From Squalus acanthias (lineage: Eukaryota), in assembly GCA_030390025.1 (NCBI GenBank), contig CM059432.1, positions 138,386,001 to 138,450,000 on the forward strand: a stretch of 64,000 bases of DNA. Direction: 5' to 3'. Made by a program: the position numbers and the translations under genes. Below are positions 47,015 to 59,699 of the stretch, piece after piece. A model generated the notes under the pieces. The model was given only the letters and a program-made list of their open reading frames with translations, did no database searches and had not been told where the DNA came from. Position 1 is the first letter of the stretch, and each line of letters starts with the position of its first letter.

Positions 47015-50000
47015 CATAAGAACATAAGAAGTAAGAGCAGGAGTCGGCCATACGGCCCCTCGAGCCTGCTCCGTCATTCAATAAGATCATGGCCGATCAT
47101 CGACCTCAACTCCACTTTCCCGCCCGATCTCCATATCCCTTGATTCCCCTAGAGTCCAAAAATCTATCGATCTCAGCCTTGAATATACTCAAAGACTCAG
47201 CATTCACAGCCCTCTGGGGCAGAGAATTCCAAAGATTCACAACCCTCTGAGTGAAGAAATTCTTCCTCATCTCAGTCTTAAATGGCCTACCCCTTATCCT
47301 GAGACTATGCCCCCGAGTTCTAGACACTCCAGCCAGGGGAAACAACCTCTCAGCATCTATCCTGTCAATCCCCTTCAGAATCTTGTATGTTTCAATGAAA
47401 TCAGCTCTCATTCTTCTCAACTCCAGAGAGTATAGGCCCATTCTACACAATCTCTCATCATAGGACAGCCCTCTCAGTCCAGGAATCAATCTAGTGAACC
47501 TTCGTTGCACCGCCTCCAAGGCAAGTATATCCTTCCTTAGGTAAGGAGACCAAAACTGTGCACAGTACTCCAGGTGCGGTCTCACCAAGGCCCTGTACAA
47601 TTGTAGCAAGACTTCCTTACAACCCCCTTGCAATAAAGGCCAATATGTCATTTGCTTTCCTTATTGCTTGCTGTACCTGCATGCTAGCTTTCTATGTTTC
47701 TTGCACGAGGACACCCAAATCTTTCTGAACACCAACATTTGAAAGTTTCTCACCATTTAAAAAATATTCTGTTTTTCTATTCTTCCTACCAAAGTGAATA
47801 GCCTCACATTTCCCTACATTATACTCCATCTGCCACCTTACTGCCCACTCACTTAGTCTATCTATATCCCTTTTCAGATTCTTTGTGTTCTCCTCACAGC
47901 TTACTGTCCCACCTAGCTTTGTATCATCAGCAAACTTGGATGCATTACACTCGGTCCCTTCATTAGGTCATCAATATAGATTGTGAATAGCTAAGGCCCC
48001 AACACTGATCCTTGCGGCACCGGCACCCCACTAGTTACAGCCTGCCAACCTGAAAAAGATCCATTTATCCCTACTCTCTGTTTTCTGTCCGTTAACCAAT
48101 CCACTATCCATGATACTATATTACCCCAAACCCCATGAGCCCTAATCTTGTGTAATAATCTTTTATGTGGCACCTTATCGAATGCCTTTTGGAAATCCAA
48201 ATATACTACATCCACTGGTTCCCCTTTATCTACCCTGCTAGTTACATCCTCAGAAAACTCTAATAAATTTGTCAAACACGATTTCCCTTTCAAAAAACCA
48301 TGTTGACTCTGCCTAATCATGTTATCATTTTCTAAGTGACTTGATACCACTTCCTTAACAATAGATTCCAGCATTTTCCCGATGACTGATGTCAGGCTAA
48401 CTGGCCTGTAGTTCCCTGTTTTTTCTCTCCCTCCTTTCTTGAATAGCGGTGTTACATTTGCGACCTTCCAATCCGCTGGGACTATTCCAGAATCTAGGGA
48501 ATTTTGGAAGATCAAAACCAATGCATCTACTATCTCGTCAGCCACCTCTTTTAGAACCCTAGGATGTAGGCCGTCAGGTCCAGGGGATTTGTCGGCTTTT
48601 AATTCCGTTAGTTTCTCTGGTACTTTTTCTCTACTTATATTAATTACGTTAAGTTCCTCACCCTCATTAGACCCTTGGTTCCCCATCATTTTTGGTATGC
48701 TTTTTGTGTCTTCTACTGTGAAGACAGATACAAAATATTTGTTTAACGTTTCTGCCATTTCCTTATTCCCCATAATAATTTCTCCGGTCTCAGCCTCTAA
48801 GGGACCAATGTTTACTTTTGCTAATCTTTTCCTTTTTACATACTTGTAGAAACTCTTACAATCTGCTTTTATATTTCTTGCTAGTTTTCTCTCATGTTCT
48901 ATTTTTTCCCTTTTTATCAATTTTTTGGTCAACCTTTGCTGGTTTCTGAAACTCTCCCAATCCTCAGACTTACTATTCTTTGCAACATTATAAGCTTCTC
49001 CTTTCAATCTAGTGCTATCCTTAACTTCTTTAGTTAGCTGGATCACTTTTCCCATGGAGTTTTTGTTTCTCAATGGAATGTATTTTTGTTGAGAATTATG
49101 AAATATTTCTTTAAATGCTAGCCACTGCTTATCTACTGCCATACCTTTTAATCTATTTTTCCAAGCTACCTTAGCCAACTCGCCCCTCATACCTATGTAA
49201 TTGGCTTTATTTAAGTTTAAGATTCTAGTTTCAGACTTAGACAAGTCACTCTCAAAATTAATGTAAAATTCTATCATATTATGATCACTCTGCCCCAGAG
49301 GATCCTTTACTATGAGATTGCTAATTAACTCTGTCTCATTACATAATACAAGATCTAAAATAGCCTGTTTCCTGGTTGGTTCCATGACATATTGTTCTAG
49401 GAAACTGTCCCGAATGCATTCCATGAACTCGTCCTCCAGACTACCCTTGCCAATTTGATTTGTCCAGTCTATATGAAGATTAAAGTCCCCCAAGATTATT
49501 GCATTACCTTTGTTGCAAGCTCCTACTATTTCTTGATTAATATTCTGTCCAACGGTACAGCTACTGTTAGGTGGCCTATATACTACTCCTACCAGTGTTT
49601 TCTGCCCCTTGTTATTCCTTATCTCCACCCATACTGATTCTACTTCCTGATCTTCCGAGCCGAGATCCTTTCTCGCTACTGTCCTTATGTCATCCTTTAT
49701 TATCAGGGCTACTCCCCCTCCTTTTCCATTCTGCCTGTCTTTTCGAAACGTCAAGTACCCTGGAAAATTTAGTTCCCAACCTTGGCCACCTTGCAACCAT
49801 GTCTCTGTAATAGCTATTAGATCAAACCCATTTATCTCTATTTGTGCCACTAGTTCATCTATCTTGTTACGAATGCTTCGTGCATTCCGATAAAGAGCCT
49901 TTAATTTAATTTTTTTACCATTATTCCCTGCTTTGACCTTATTCTCTGCTGCACTGCTACCATTAAACTCTCTGTCCCTTCCTGTCACACTCTGCTTATT

Positions 50001-50128
50001 TTTACCCAAATCGCTACACTGCTCTATTGCCTTGACCTTTCTCTTTAGATTTCTACATTTCCCCTCACCTGACCCCTCCCCCCCACTTTTTTTAGTTTAA
50101 AGCTCTATCTACAGCCTTAGTTATTCGA
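47015..50128 (-). mobile_element. CR1 LINE covering nearly all of ORF2 (APE endonuclease plus RT) and the 3' UTR
   Basis: 672 aa open frame 47991-50009 with NARS, ITETWL, GGGVAL, YRPP, GDFN, SDHN, KSPGPDG and YLDFQKAFDKVPH. Then a stop and frameshifts, and C-terminal ORF 47106-47651. (TTCTTATG)n tail. Confidence 0.95.
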
Positions 50129-50129
50129 C

Positions 50130-51150
50130 ATCAAGGCAGCATTCAACTGATTACGACAACAAGGAATCCTTGTAAAATTCAGGTCAATGGAAGTCTGGAG
50201 GGCAACCCTCCAGTGGCTGGAGTAATTCCTGATGCAAAGGGAGATGGTTCTGGTTATCGGAAGCTAATCATCGTAGCCCTAGAATATCTGTGCTGGAGTT
50301 CCTCAGGGAAGCATCCTCGGCCCAAGCAGCAGTTGATTTATCAATGCTTTTCCTCTGTAATAAACTCAGGAGTGCGGCTGTTTGCTGGTGATTCACAACT
50401 CCTCTATATTGGGGCAATCCATACTGACCCACAGTAGGACCTGAACAACTTCCCGGCTTGGGTTGGCAAATGGCACGTAACATTCATGCCACACGAGTGC
50501 CAAGCAATGACCATCTCCCAACAAGAAAAGGCCTAATCACCTCCATCCGACCGTCGACAGCACCAAGTCCTCACCATCAACATTCTGGGAGTCACCACTG
50601 ACTAGAAGCTTAACTCGACCAACCATAACATGGAAACAAGACCAGGGCAGAGGCTGGGCCCTGTCCACAATCTATAAGGCTCAAATCGGGAGTGTGGTAG
50701 AATACTCGCCGCTCACCTGGACGGGTGCAGCTACAATGTTCAAGAAGCTCTACACCATCCAGGAGAGAATAATCAGCGCCCCTGACACTGGGCTCAATAC
50801 CCACTCCCTCCACTACCGGCGCACCATGGCTGCCGTCTGTACTATCTACAGGATGCACTGCGGCAACTCACCAAGCTTACTTCAACAGCACCTCCCAATC
50901 ACACGACCTCTGCCACTGAGAAGGACGAGAGCAGCCATGTCACAGGAACACCATAGTTTCAAAGTTCTCCTTCCGGTCACTCACCATCCTGACTTAACCA
51001 CGGTTCCTTTGTCACTGCCGGGTTGAATTCCCTACCTAATGCCATCGTGGAAACACCATTTGCACAAGGACTGCAGTGAGTCTGGAATGCTAACCACCTT
51101 CTCAGGGATGGGTAGTAAGTGTGGGCTTTCCCTTGTCACCTATATGCTGA
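50130..51150 (+). mobile_element. Old, decayed non-LTR retrotransposon (CR1/L2 group), RT to 3' end
   Basis: DIKAAF, GVPQGSILGP, LFAGDS, YKAQI.SVVEYSPL and HSLHYRRTMAAVCTIYRMHC. Confidence 0.75.
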
Positions 51151-51289
51151 GAACTAATTAATTAAAAACAAAATTGTGAATAAAAATCCAATTTTCAGTC
51201 CATATTCACTGAACAAACAGAACAGTGAAACCTTAAATCATTACATCACCTCTGACCACAGTGACCCTTACCATACCCTAGATGAAGTG

Positions 51290-52500
51290 AACATGGATGA
51301 GGGTAGTGCAGTTGATATAGTCTACATGGACTTCAGTAAGGCTTTTGACAAAGTCTCGCATGGGAGACTGGTCAAGAAGTTAAGAGCCCATGGGATCCAG
51401 GGCAATTTGGCACATTGGATCCAAAATTGGCTTAGTGGCAGGAGGCAGAGGGTGATAGTCGAAGGTTGTTTTTGTGACTGGAAGCCTGTGTCTAGTGGTG
51501 TACCGCAGGGGTCGGTGCTGGGTCCTTTGCTGTTTGTAGTGTACATTAATGATTTAGATATGAATGTAGGAGGTATGATCAGTAAGTTCGCATATGACAC
51601 GAAAATTGGTGGAGTGGTAAATAGCGAGGAGGGAAGCCTCAGGCTACAGGACGATATAGACGGGTTGGTTAGATGAGCAGAACAGTGGCAAATGGAATTT
51701 AACCCTGAAAAGTGTGAGGTGATTTATTTTGGGAGGACTAACAAGGCAAGGGAATACACAATGAATGGTAGGACCCTAGGAAGGACAGAGGATCAGAGGG
51801 ACCTTGGTGTGCATGTACATAGATCCCTGAAGGCAGCAGGACAGGTAGATAAGGTGGTTAAAAAGGCATATGGGATACTTGCCTTCATTAGCCGAGGCAT
51901 AGAATATAAGAGCAGGGAGGTTATGATGGAGCTGTACAAAACGCTAGCTAGGCCACAGCTGGAATACTGTGTGCAGTTCTGGTCGCCACACTATAGGAAG
52001 GATGTGATTGCATTGGAGAGGGTGCAGAGGAGATTCACCAGGATGTTACCTGGGCTGCAGCGCTTCAGCTATGAAGAGAGAGTGGACAGGCTGGGGTTGT
52101 TTTCCTTAGAGCAGAGAAGGCTGAGGGGGGACCTGATTGAGGTGTACAAAATTATGAGGGGCATAGATAGGGTAGATAGAAAGGAACTTTTCCCCTTAGT
52201 AGAGGGGTCAATAACGAGGGGGCATAGTTTCAAGGTAAGGGGCAGGAGGTTTAGAGGGGATTTGAGGAAAAACTTTTTCACCCAGAGGGTGGTTGGAATC
52301 TGGAACTCACTGCCTGAAAGGGCGGTAGAGGCAGGAACCCTCACAACATTCAAGAAGCATTTAGATGAGCACTTGAAACGCCATAGCATACAAGGCTATG
52401 GACCAAGTGCTGGAAACTGGGATTAGAATAGACAGGGCTTGATGGCCGGCACGGACACGATGGGCCGAAGGGCCTCTTTCTGTGCTGTAAAACTCTACAA
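51290..52500 (+). mobile_element. 5'-truncated CR1 LINE, low divergence
   Basis: [23 protein letters not shown] and KFAYDTK. A single TGA at 51674 separates two in-frame ORFs. Confidence 0.93.
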
Positions 52501-52739
52501 CTGTATTACTACCTCATCCTGGTATTGTATACCTACAAACAGCTATGCATTGCTGGAATCTATCACCTAGAATATTTGCTCCTATGGTGGGGGAAGGGCT
52601 TTAGATATTTGTAATAATGCCTAAAAAATATTTGATGGATTTAATAAAATTTGATCAAAAAGTTGTAAATGACCTGTAAAAGGTTAATAAAATACCAGAG
52701 TGGTAATTTCCAATATTTAGATATTGTTGTCTCATCTCA

Positions 52740-53060
52740 CCATTATGAGGGGTTTTGATAGAGTAAATAAGGAGAAACTGGGTCGGTAAACAGAGGACAC
52801 AGATTTCAGATAATTGGCAAAAGAACCACAGGGGAGATGAGGAGAATTTTTTTTTAACGCAGCAAGTTGTTGTGATCTGAACGCGCTGCCTGAAAGGGCG
52901 GTGGAAGCAGATTCAATAGTAACTTTCAAAAGGGAATTGGATAAATACTTGAAAAGGAAACATTTGCAGGGTTATGGGGAGTGGGATTAATTGGAGAGCT
53001 CTTTCAAAGAGCCAGCACGAGCGCGATGGGCCGAATGGCCCCCTTCTGTGCTCCATGATC
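52740..53060 (+). mobile_element. CR1 3' fragment
   Basis: Matches 4880-5210. Confidence 0.8.
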
Positions 53061-54269
53061 TCCCGCCTGTGCTACATAATGGTTCAACTGGTAGTTTTTG
53101 GTCTGGGGGGGGACAAAATCTTGCAACCTCATTCTCGAGATGAAGCACAGTGTTCATTCCAAAAACCCACATCGAAACACTTGTCGCCGACTCACTCCTC
53201 GATTCAAAACTCACTTAGCGTTCATTTGTTGCTGCTGGATTAGCGTATTTTGTTACTTTGCCGATTTGGCCTGGAAACAAAAGTTGAGGTTTGCCGTGGT
53301 GCAGCCGAGACAAATCAAAGCACTTCTAATTTGTTTTAGTACAGTCCTCAGCCAATCGGAATCCCTCCATAAATATCCGTAATGTAAGGTGGCAGATCAG
53401 ATTACAGCGAGCTGATTTAAGTATGCAGAATGGATTTCTTCTCGTAGCAGGTTGCTGCCGAAGCCTTCACTTTCCTGTGTGGCATTTCACTGCACTCTCC
53501 CTTAAAAGCCCCTTGTTACTTAGTTAGCCCAGAGAGGTACGGTGTTGACAATATAACCACTGCTTCTGTCATGGCTTTTTGTGCAAATACACAAAATATG
53601 ACCAGCAAGAGCAAAGATTTATGTGCGACTTTGGGAAAATAAAAATCACCATTGATTAAAAGCTCCAGATAGACCGTGCAAAAACTACCCAAAGAACATC
53701 AGTTACTTTGCATTTTGACACGCTGATTGATAACTCATGAATGCAAGCGGGAATGACAAATGCAGATGGAAACTCTCTCTGACAAAAACGATAACAGTAT
53801 CAGTCTCATGGGGCAATGGATGTATAAGCATGATCTGTTTAAAATATTTAATCATTTTATGAAGGCTGCGAGATGTTGTTTGACCCTGAAGGAGTATGAA
53901 TGTCACATAGATCAGAAATTGCCTGGGAATTTGAAGCTTAATAATGATTTGGGTGTTATTATAGATCTTCCATAAAAGGCCATCAACTAGGTATATGGTT
54001 CCAAGTAAGTAAATGTAATTCAGCACAGTCTAATGACTACAAGCATTAAATTTGAAGAAAATACCGCATCACACCACTATTAAGGTGGTCAAGATTTATA
54101 AATCCAAAGCGATTTTTGGTACATTTAGACCTTTATCTTTTACATTTAACTATGGCCGTTACAGTTTTGTTCACATCAAAATACAATACCGTGCATTAGG
54201 AGAGTCACGCAACACGTAGTACTGCATGTCTCACACTGTTAATACCGCCCGTCAGTAACAGTAAAGAAA

Positions 54270-54725
54270 GAACTTGTATTTATATAGCGCCTTTCACCAC
54301 CTCAGGACATCCCAAAGCGCTTTACAGCAAATGAAGTGCAGTCACTGTTGTGATATAGGAAATGCGGAAGCCAATTGTGCACAGCAAGCTCACACAAACA
54401 GCAATGTGACAAATGACCAGATAATCTGTTTTTAGCGACGTTGGTTGAGAGATAACTATTAAGCCCAGGACACCGGGGGATAACTCCCCTGCTCGTCCTG
54501 AAAATAGTGGCCGTGGGATCTTTTACGCCCACCTGTAAGAGCAGACGGGGCCTCGGTTTAACATCTCATCCGAAAGACGGCACCTCCGACAGTGCAGCAC
54601 TCCCTCAGGACTGCACTGGGAGTGTCAGCCTAGATTTTTGTGCTCAAGTCTCTGGAGTGGGACTTGAACCCACAACCTTCTGGACTCAGAGGCGAGAGAG
54701 CTACCCACTGAGCCACTGCTGACAC
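54270..54725 (-). mobile_element. Deu-domain SINE, full length
   Basis: Reverse complement of the 26040 copy. Confidence 0.88.
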
Positions 54726-55514
54726 AGCAAAGTACATTTGGCTTACTGCCACTGTAAGATAGAGAATAAAGAACGGTTCGGAATAGTTTATAAAAAGGGC
54801 AGCAGTCCTGAGTGTGGGCATCCAAACTAAAAAGCAAATGATTGGCTGCATGACCCCAACTATTTAATACGTACAGCATATAATGAGAGTTTGAATAAAA
54901 TACACCTAGCATCAAGAAATGATAAAGAGATGAGACAAATGACACACACATTGCATATGGGTGGGGGTGGGGGGGTGGGGGTACCACACCGATTTGCATA
55001 CTGGCTCATTTTGAGCTACAATGTTCTTTTACTCCCAGCATTTAGGTGTTTTATGAATCAGATTTATGTTTATTCCTGCTGATGTTGTTACTGTGTCAAT
55101 AAAAGGTTTATGCGTCCCAATTCTCTTCTTCCAGGAATGCTGCTGGTCTAGACATAACTGCACTGCCATTCGATGTGTTGTGTAGACTGAAAGGATCACT
55201 GTGTGGCTGGTAACTTTAAGTCATAACGACTACTGAATCGCACGCAACAGCCTTCTATTAATCACATATTTAAAAGTACGGGGGATTAATTTTTTTTTTA
55301 ATATCATTTTAAATCTCCATTTGCTACTAACGTTATTTGTGGCAACTCTAATGTTTTTGTTCCAGTCATGGGATGGGAAGGCCAATGTTGGCTATGTACA
55401 GCTTCATGGCTACCAGCAAATCCCACCCCACCGTCAACTGACGAGAGATACCATTAGAGCAGATTTAGCTGCTTTGATCACGGCGAGGGAACCTCTCCCA
55501 TTTCCAGCAGTGCT

Positions 55515-55935
55515 TAGAGTTGCCAAACCCTCCAGGATTATCCTGGAATCTCCGGGAATTGAAGACTAATCTCCAGGACACTGCAGCGAGCAAAACTCCA
55601 GGAGTAAAATCAATGGGGGCATTAAAAATAAATGTGTTGTTCTTTTGCATTTTCTTTGAACACTTTCATTGTTAGTTATAAAAATATTGGCGATGGTGGG
55701 GGGGGGGGGGGGGGGGGGGGCAGCGGGGAATAAGCCCATTGACTGACAGTCAAGGATCATCCAATCGGGTAACAATGCGACTGCCCGCTGTCCAATCGGC
55801 AGAGGAAGGCGGGGCTCCACAAGGACGGACGTGCCGGGCGACCAATGGTACGAGTGTGGGGTGCGGGGTGATTGGCGGTGGGTGGTCATGTGATGAAACC
55901 TCCTGGAATACGCCCAACCAGAGTTGGCAACCCTA
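55515..55935. mobile_element. hAT-type MITE
   Basis: TIR TAGAGTTGCCAA / TTGGCAACCCTA. 8 bp TSD GCAGTGCT / GCAGCGCT with one mismatch. Confidence 0.82.
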
Positions 55936-56349
55936 GCAGCGCTCCAATCAGCAGCCCAGTAAAAATAACACCAAAAACACACCCGTTTAAGACCTCAGCA
56001 GCCGACTGAAATTTAAAGCCTTTTTAACTGACATATGGGTTTATTCTTCTGTTTTGCCTTCATAGATCAAGGGTGCATCGGAGTTCCCAAAAGCTCAAAA
56101 TTCACAAAATCTTTCAATGCTTGAAAAAGGTCAACTTTGGAATGGCTGGTTCAAAAATAGACTGTCCCAATGCAGCACCAGACCCCACAATGCTCACACG
56201 GCTGTATCAAGCCCTTTGGCACAAAAGATTTGGCCTGGAGTTTCCTCTCCACTCGCACCCAAGGAGACACGTAACCTGGGCGCAAACACGTGGCTTAAAA
56301 GCTCGCGGAATTTTGGGCGCAAGTGAATTACGCCCATTCAATTTTTTTT

Positions 56350-56895
56350 AATTCTCATCTCCCCCCCCCCCCCCCACCCTGGCTTTTTTGTCAATTATCT
56401 GAAATCGGTGTCCTCTGGTTACCGACATGCCTTCCAGTGAAAACAGTTTCTCCCTATCGACTCCATCAAAACCCATCATAATTTTCAACACATCTATTAA
56501 ATCCTCTCCTTAACCTTCTCTGCTCTAAGGAGGACAATCCCAGCTTCTCCAGTCTCCCCTTATGCCTGGTCCCATTCTGGTAAATCTCCTCCGCACCCTC
56601 TCCAAGGCCTTCACATCCTTCCTAAAGTGCGGTGCCCAGAAGTTGGACGCAATACTCCAGCTGAGGTCTAACCAGTGCTTTATAAAGGATTAGCATAACT
56701 TCCTTGTTTTTATACTCTACACCTCTATTTATAAAGCCAAGGATCCTGTATGCTTTTTTTAACATGAGGGAGAAAGGAATAGAAGGATACGTCGACAGGG
56801 TATAACGAAGTAAATAGAGTGGGAGGCGAGTGTGGAGCATAAACACCGACATGCTGGGCCGAATGCCCTGTTTCTATGCTGTGAATTCTATGTAA
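56350..56895. mobile_element. Adjacent CR1 fragments in opposite orientation (about 56350-56760 -, 56761-56895 +)
   Basis: Minus KKAYRILGFINRGVEYK..RPQLEYCVQ, then a plus-strand CR1 tail. Confidence 0.75.
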
Positions 56896-57212
56896 CGTAA
56901 TACTTTTGCAAACTGGGAAGAAAATATTCAACGGATATAATCCACTGGAGCATTAGATTACAGAAACAGCTTTTCTTCAGAATATTTTACAAGTCCACCA
57001 CAAAATCTTCCCGGTATTCCGAATGAAGCCGATGAACCAATCAAGTTCGCAGCACAGAAGGAGGCCATTTGGCCCATCGTGTCTGTACCAGTTCTTTGCT
57101 AGAGAAATCCAAAACCCAATCGCACTGCCCTGAAATGTGGGAGAGAGCATGAGTTGCCTTATTCACATGCAATGGAAATGCACAATGTTGTTTGGAAAAA
57201 AAAAACCATAAT

Positions 57213-57922
57213 GGGCCAAAAATTGCGGTCGGAGGCGTACCCCCGGAGTACCTGGGATCACGTGGGCCTGGTCCTCCAATCATAAAACAGAATTAGATTT
57301 TAATCATTTCCGAAGGGAATCCCGTAATCAGATTTAATGGAACATAAGAAATAGGAGCAGGAATAGGCCACTTGGCCCCTCGAGCCTGCTCCGCCATTCA
57401 ATAAGATCATGGCTGATCTTGGGCTCAAAGCCCAAAATCAGATTTAATTACAATTTTCAGGATTGGAATTTAATTCCTAATTAGCTTCATTCCACCAACT
57501 TCAGTAAGAATGTAATTTTTTGATAATTTTCGACATCATTAAAACTCTTATATTTGCAGAAACATTCAAAAACTCATTTGATACAGTGTATGTGTATGAT
57601 TTCCGAGATGAAAATGTTTAATACATGCCTGAGGTATCCCCTTACGCTGATGCAAACAGGCCCTGCACCTGTTTGCATCAACCATAACATTTCCGTATGC
57701 AATTGCTGGCCAGTCGGTGGGCAAATAGCCCAACTCTGCGCCAACAATTGCTTTTTCGTGGGCTGTGTGGATGGCCTGTCAGTGCGCACGTTGACAGACC
57801 GCAAGTTCTGGATTTCGTGCATGCGCGGCGCATGCGGAAATCCCGAACTTGCGGTGGATTTCAAAGGAGGTATGGCGCCGTACTCTGAGAGTACGCCGCC
57901 TACCCACCGCAAAATCCGGGCC
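57213..57922. mobile_element. Harbinger-type MITE with a nested CR1 tail (about 57340-57425)
   Basis: Ends GGGCCAAAAATTGCGGT / ACCGCAAAATCCGGGCC, with subterminal GGCGTAC / GTACGCC. Confidence 0.6.
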
Positions 57923-58224
57923 AATAAGAATGGAATTTCTTATGTAATATTCTTACACACTAAGTAGTGTCTCTGAAGGTTGAACTCTCACCTACGTTAT
58001 TTACATAGGCTAGTAGTATCAACATGGCAAGCAGTAGGCATACCCTAAGGGGTAGTAGACTTGCTAGATATAACCTTACACTTATAAAGCCCTGTTTTGA
58101 CCTGTCTGTAGGACTATGATTACTAATACTGTAAAATAAATAACTGTGTCAAAACCAGAACTACATTTCCTAAAAATATATTCCAATTATTCATTGCTAA
58201 GGAAGTGTATGCAAAATTATTCAA

Positions 58225-58480
58225 TGGGGACATAAATATAAGATAGTCACTAATAAATCCAATATGGAATTCAGGAGAAACTTCTTTACCCAGAGAGTGG
58301 TGAGAATGTGGAACTCGCTACCACAGGGAGTGGTTGAAGTGAATAGTACAGATGCATTTAAGGGGAGGCTAGATAAGTACACGAGGGAGAAGGGAATGGG
58401 TTATGTTGATTGGGGTTAGATGAAGTAGGATGGGAGGAGCTGCATGGACCTGTTGGGCTGTTTCTGTGCTGTAAATTATA
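58225..58480 (+). mobile_element. CR1 3' fragment
   Basis: Matches 63800-64000. Confidence 0.8.
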
Positions 58481-59699
58481 TTTATTTCCAATAGTTGTGT
58501 TAATATCCCATGTACCCATTTGGCAAATCAACACGTGCTCACAATGATAATTTCTCCCTGGAAAACTCCAAGAGCGATTCCTTTGGAAATGTGGGGTGTT
58601 TTAACCTGGAGTGATGACTTGCCTGTAGATCATTTCCAGTTTCTAACAGAGTCATTAGATGCTAGATATGTTCCACACTTAGTGGCTTCAAATGTTTGTG
58701 GTCTCTGATTCATCCTTAATGAGCTCTCTCCATGTCTTTATTCTTCTTCACACACCCCCTGCTGTGAAATGTCTTCTTCTGCCTTCGCTTTTGTTAATGA
58801 TTCTGCAATCATTTTAGATCTATTCTTTCTGCGTCACATAATTCTGCCACGGAGTCACTGAATGGTGGCGTGGCTCAACTGCCTCACAGTTGGAAATATA
58901 ACCTTTAATACGTTCATTTCCATAGCTCAAAACAATTTAACCTCTACTGCAGCTTTATGATTGCTAACTGTTTCAATCAAATGTCTGCTTCATTTATGTC
59001 CTAGAGAGATTACTCTCCTCTTGTCTTCAGAATCTTTAAAATTAATGACGTCCCCCAACTAGGTCCATTCATCCTGTTTCTCACTGTTTTATACTTGTGG
59101 GACTTGGGTAGTTGCTGGAAAATTGCGTTAATATTACTAATCAATCTACTTATGAATATAGTTGGAACTGTCCAAAAACAAATATTTGCTTTGCACACTT
59201 CGCATTGCCTGTCTCAATCCCAAAAGAGGCGAGGTTCAAATTAAAGCTTTATAAATGCAAAGAACTTGTCAGATTTCCACACAGGCTCCTGCTCCTCTTG
59301 ATCCACTAGTAGCAAACTAATGCAGCTCCGGGATAGAGTGCACATTTATTGAACAGCTTGCCAGGCTGCTGATGGGTTACGTTTTTAGGGAATAATTGGG
59401 GAGCGTCTTTTAGGACTTTACTTGTACTTCCAACTACAGGGGAAGCACGAAAGATTCTTGCAAGCCTAAAATGGCTTTTTTTAAAGAGAGGATGGGTTTG
59501 GGTTTGTAAAGACTGGTTGGTTTTTTTTAAATACCATTTTCTCTTGTTTTCTGTCCTGTAGGTGAATGTTGGTGGAAAGGGTTCCATGAGTATCAGATGC
59601 CCTCTGGCATCTCACCCATCTTCACATGAGACTCTGCACCGTGACTATCGACAAGACACATACTGCAAAAAGATATTGGAGAGGGGAAGGGGATTACAT

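Noticed and set aside
53703..54026. ORFs in AT-rich unique sequence
   Set aside because: No homology recognised and no coherent gene structure.
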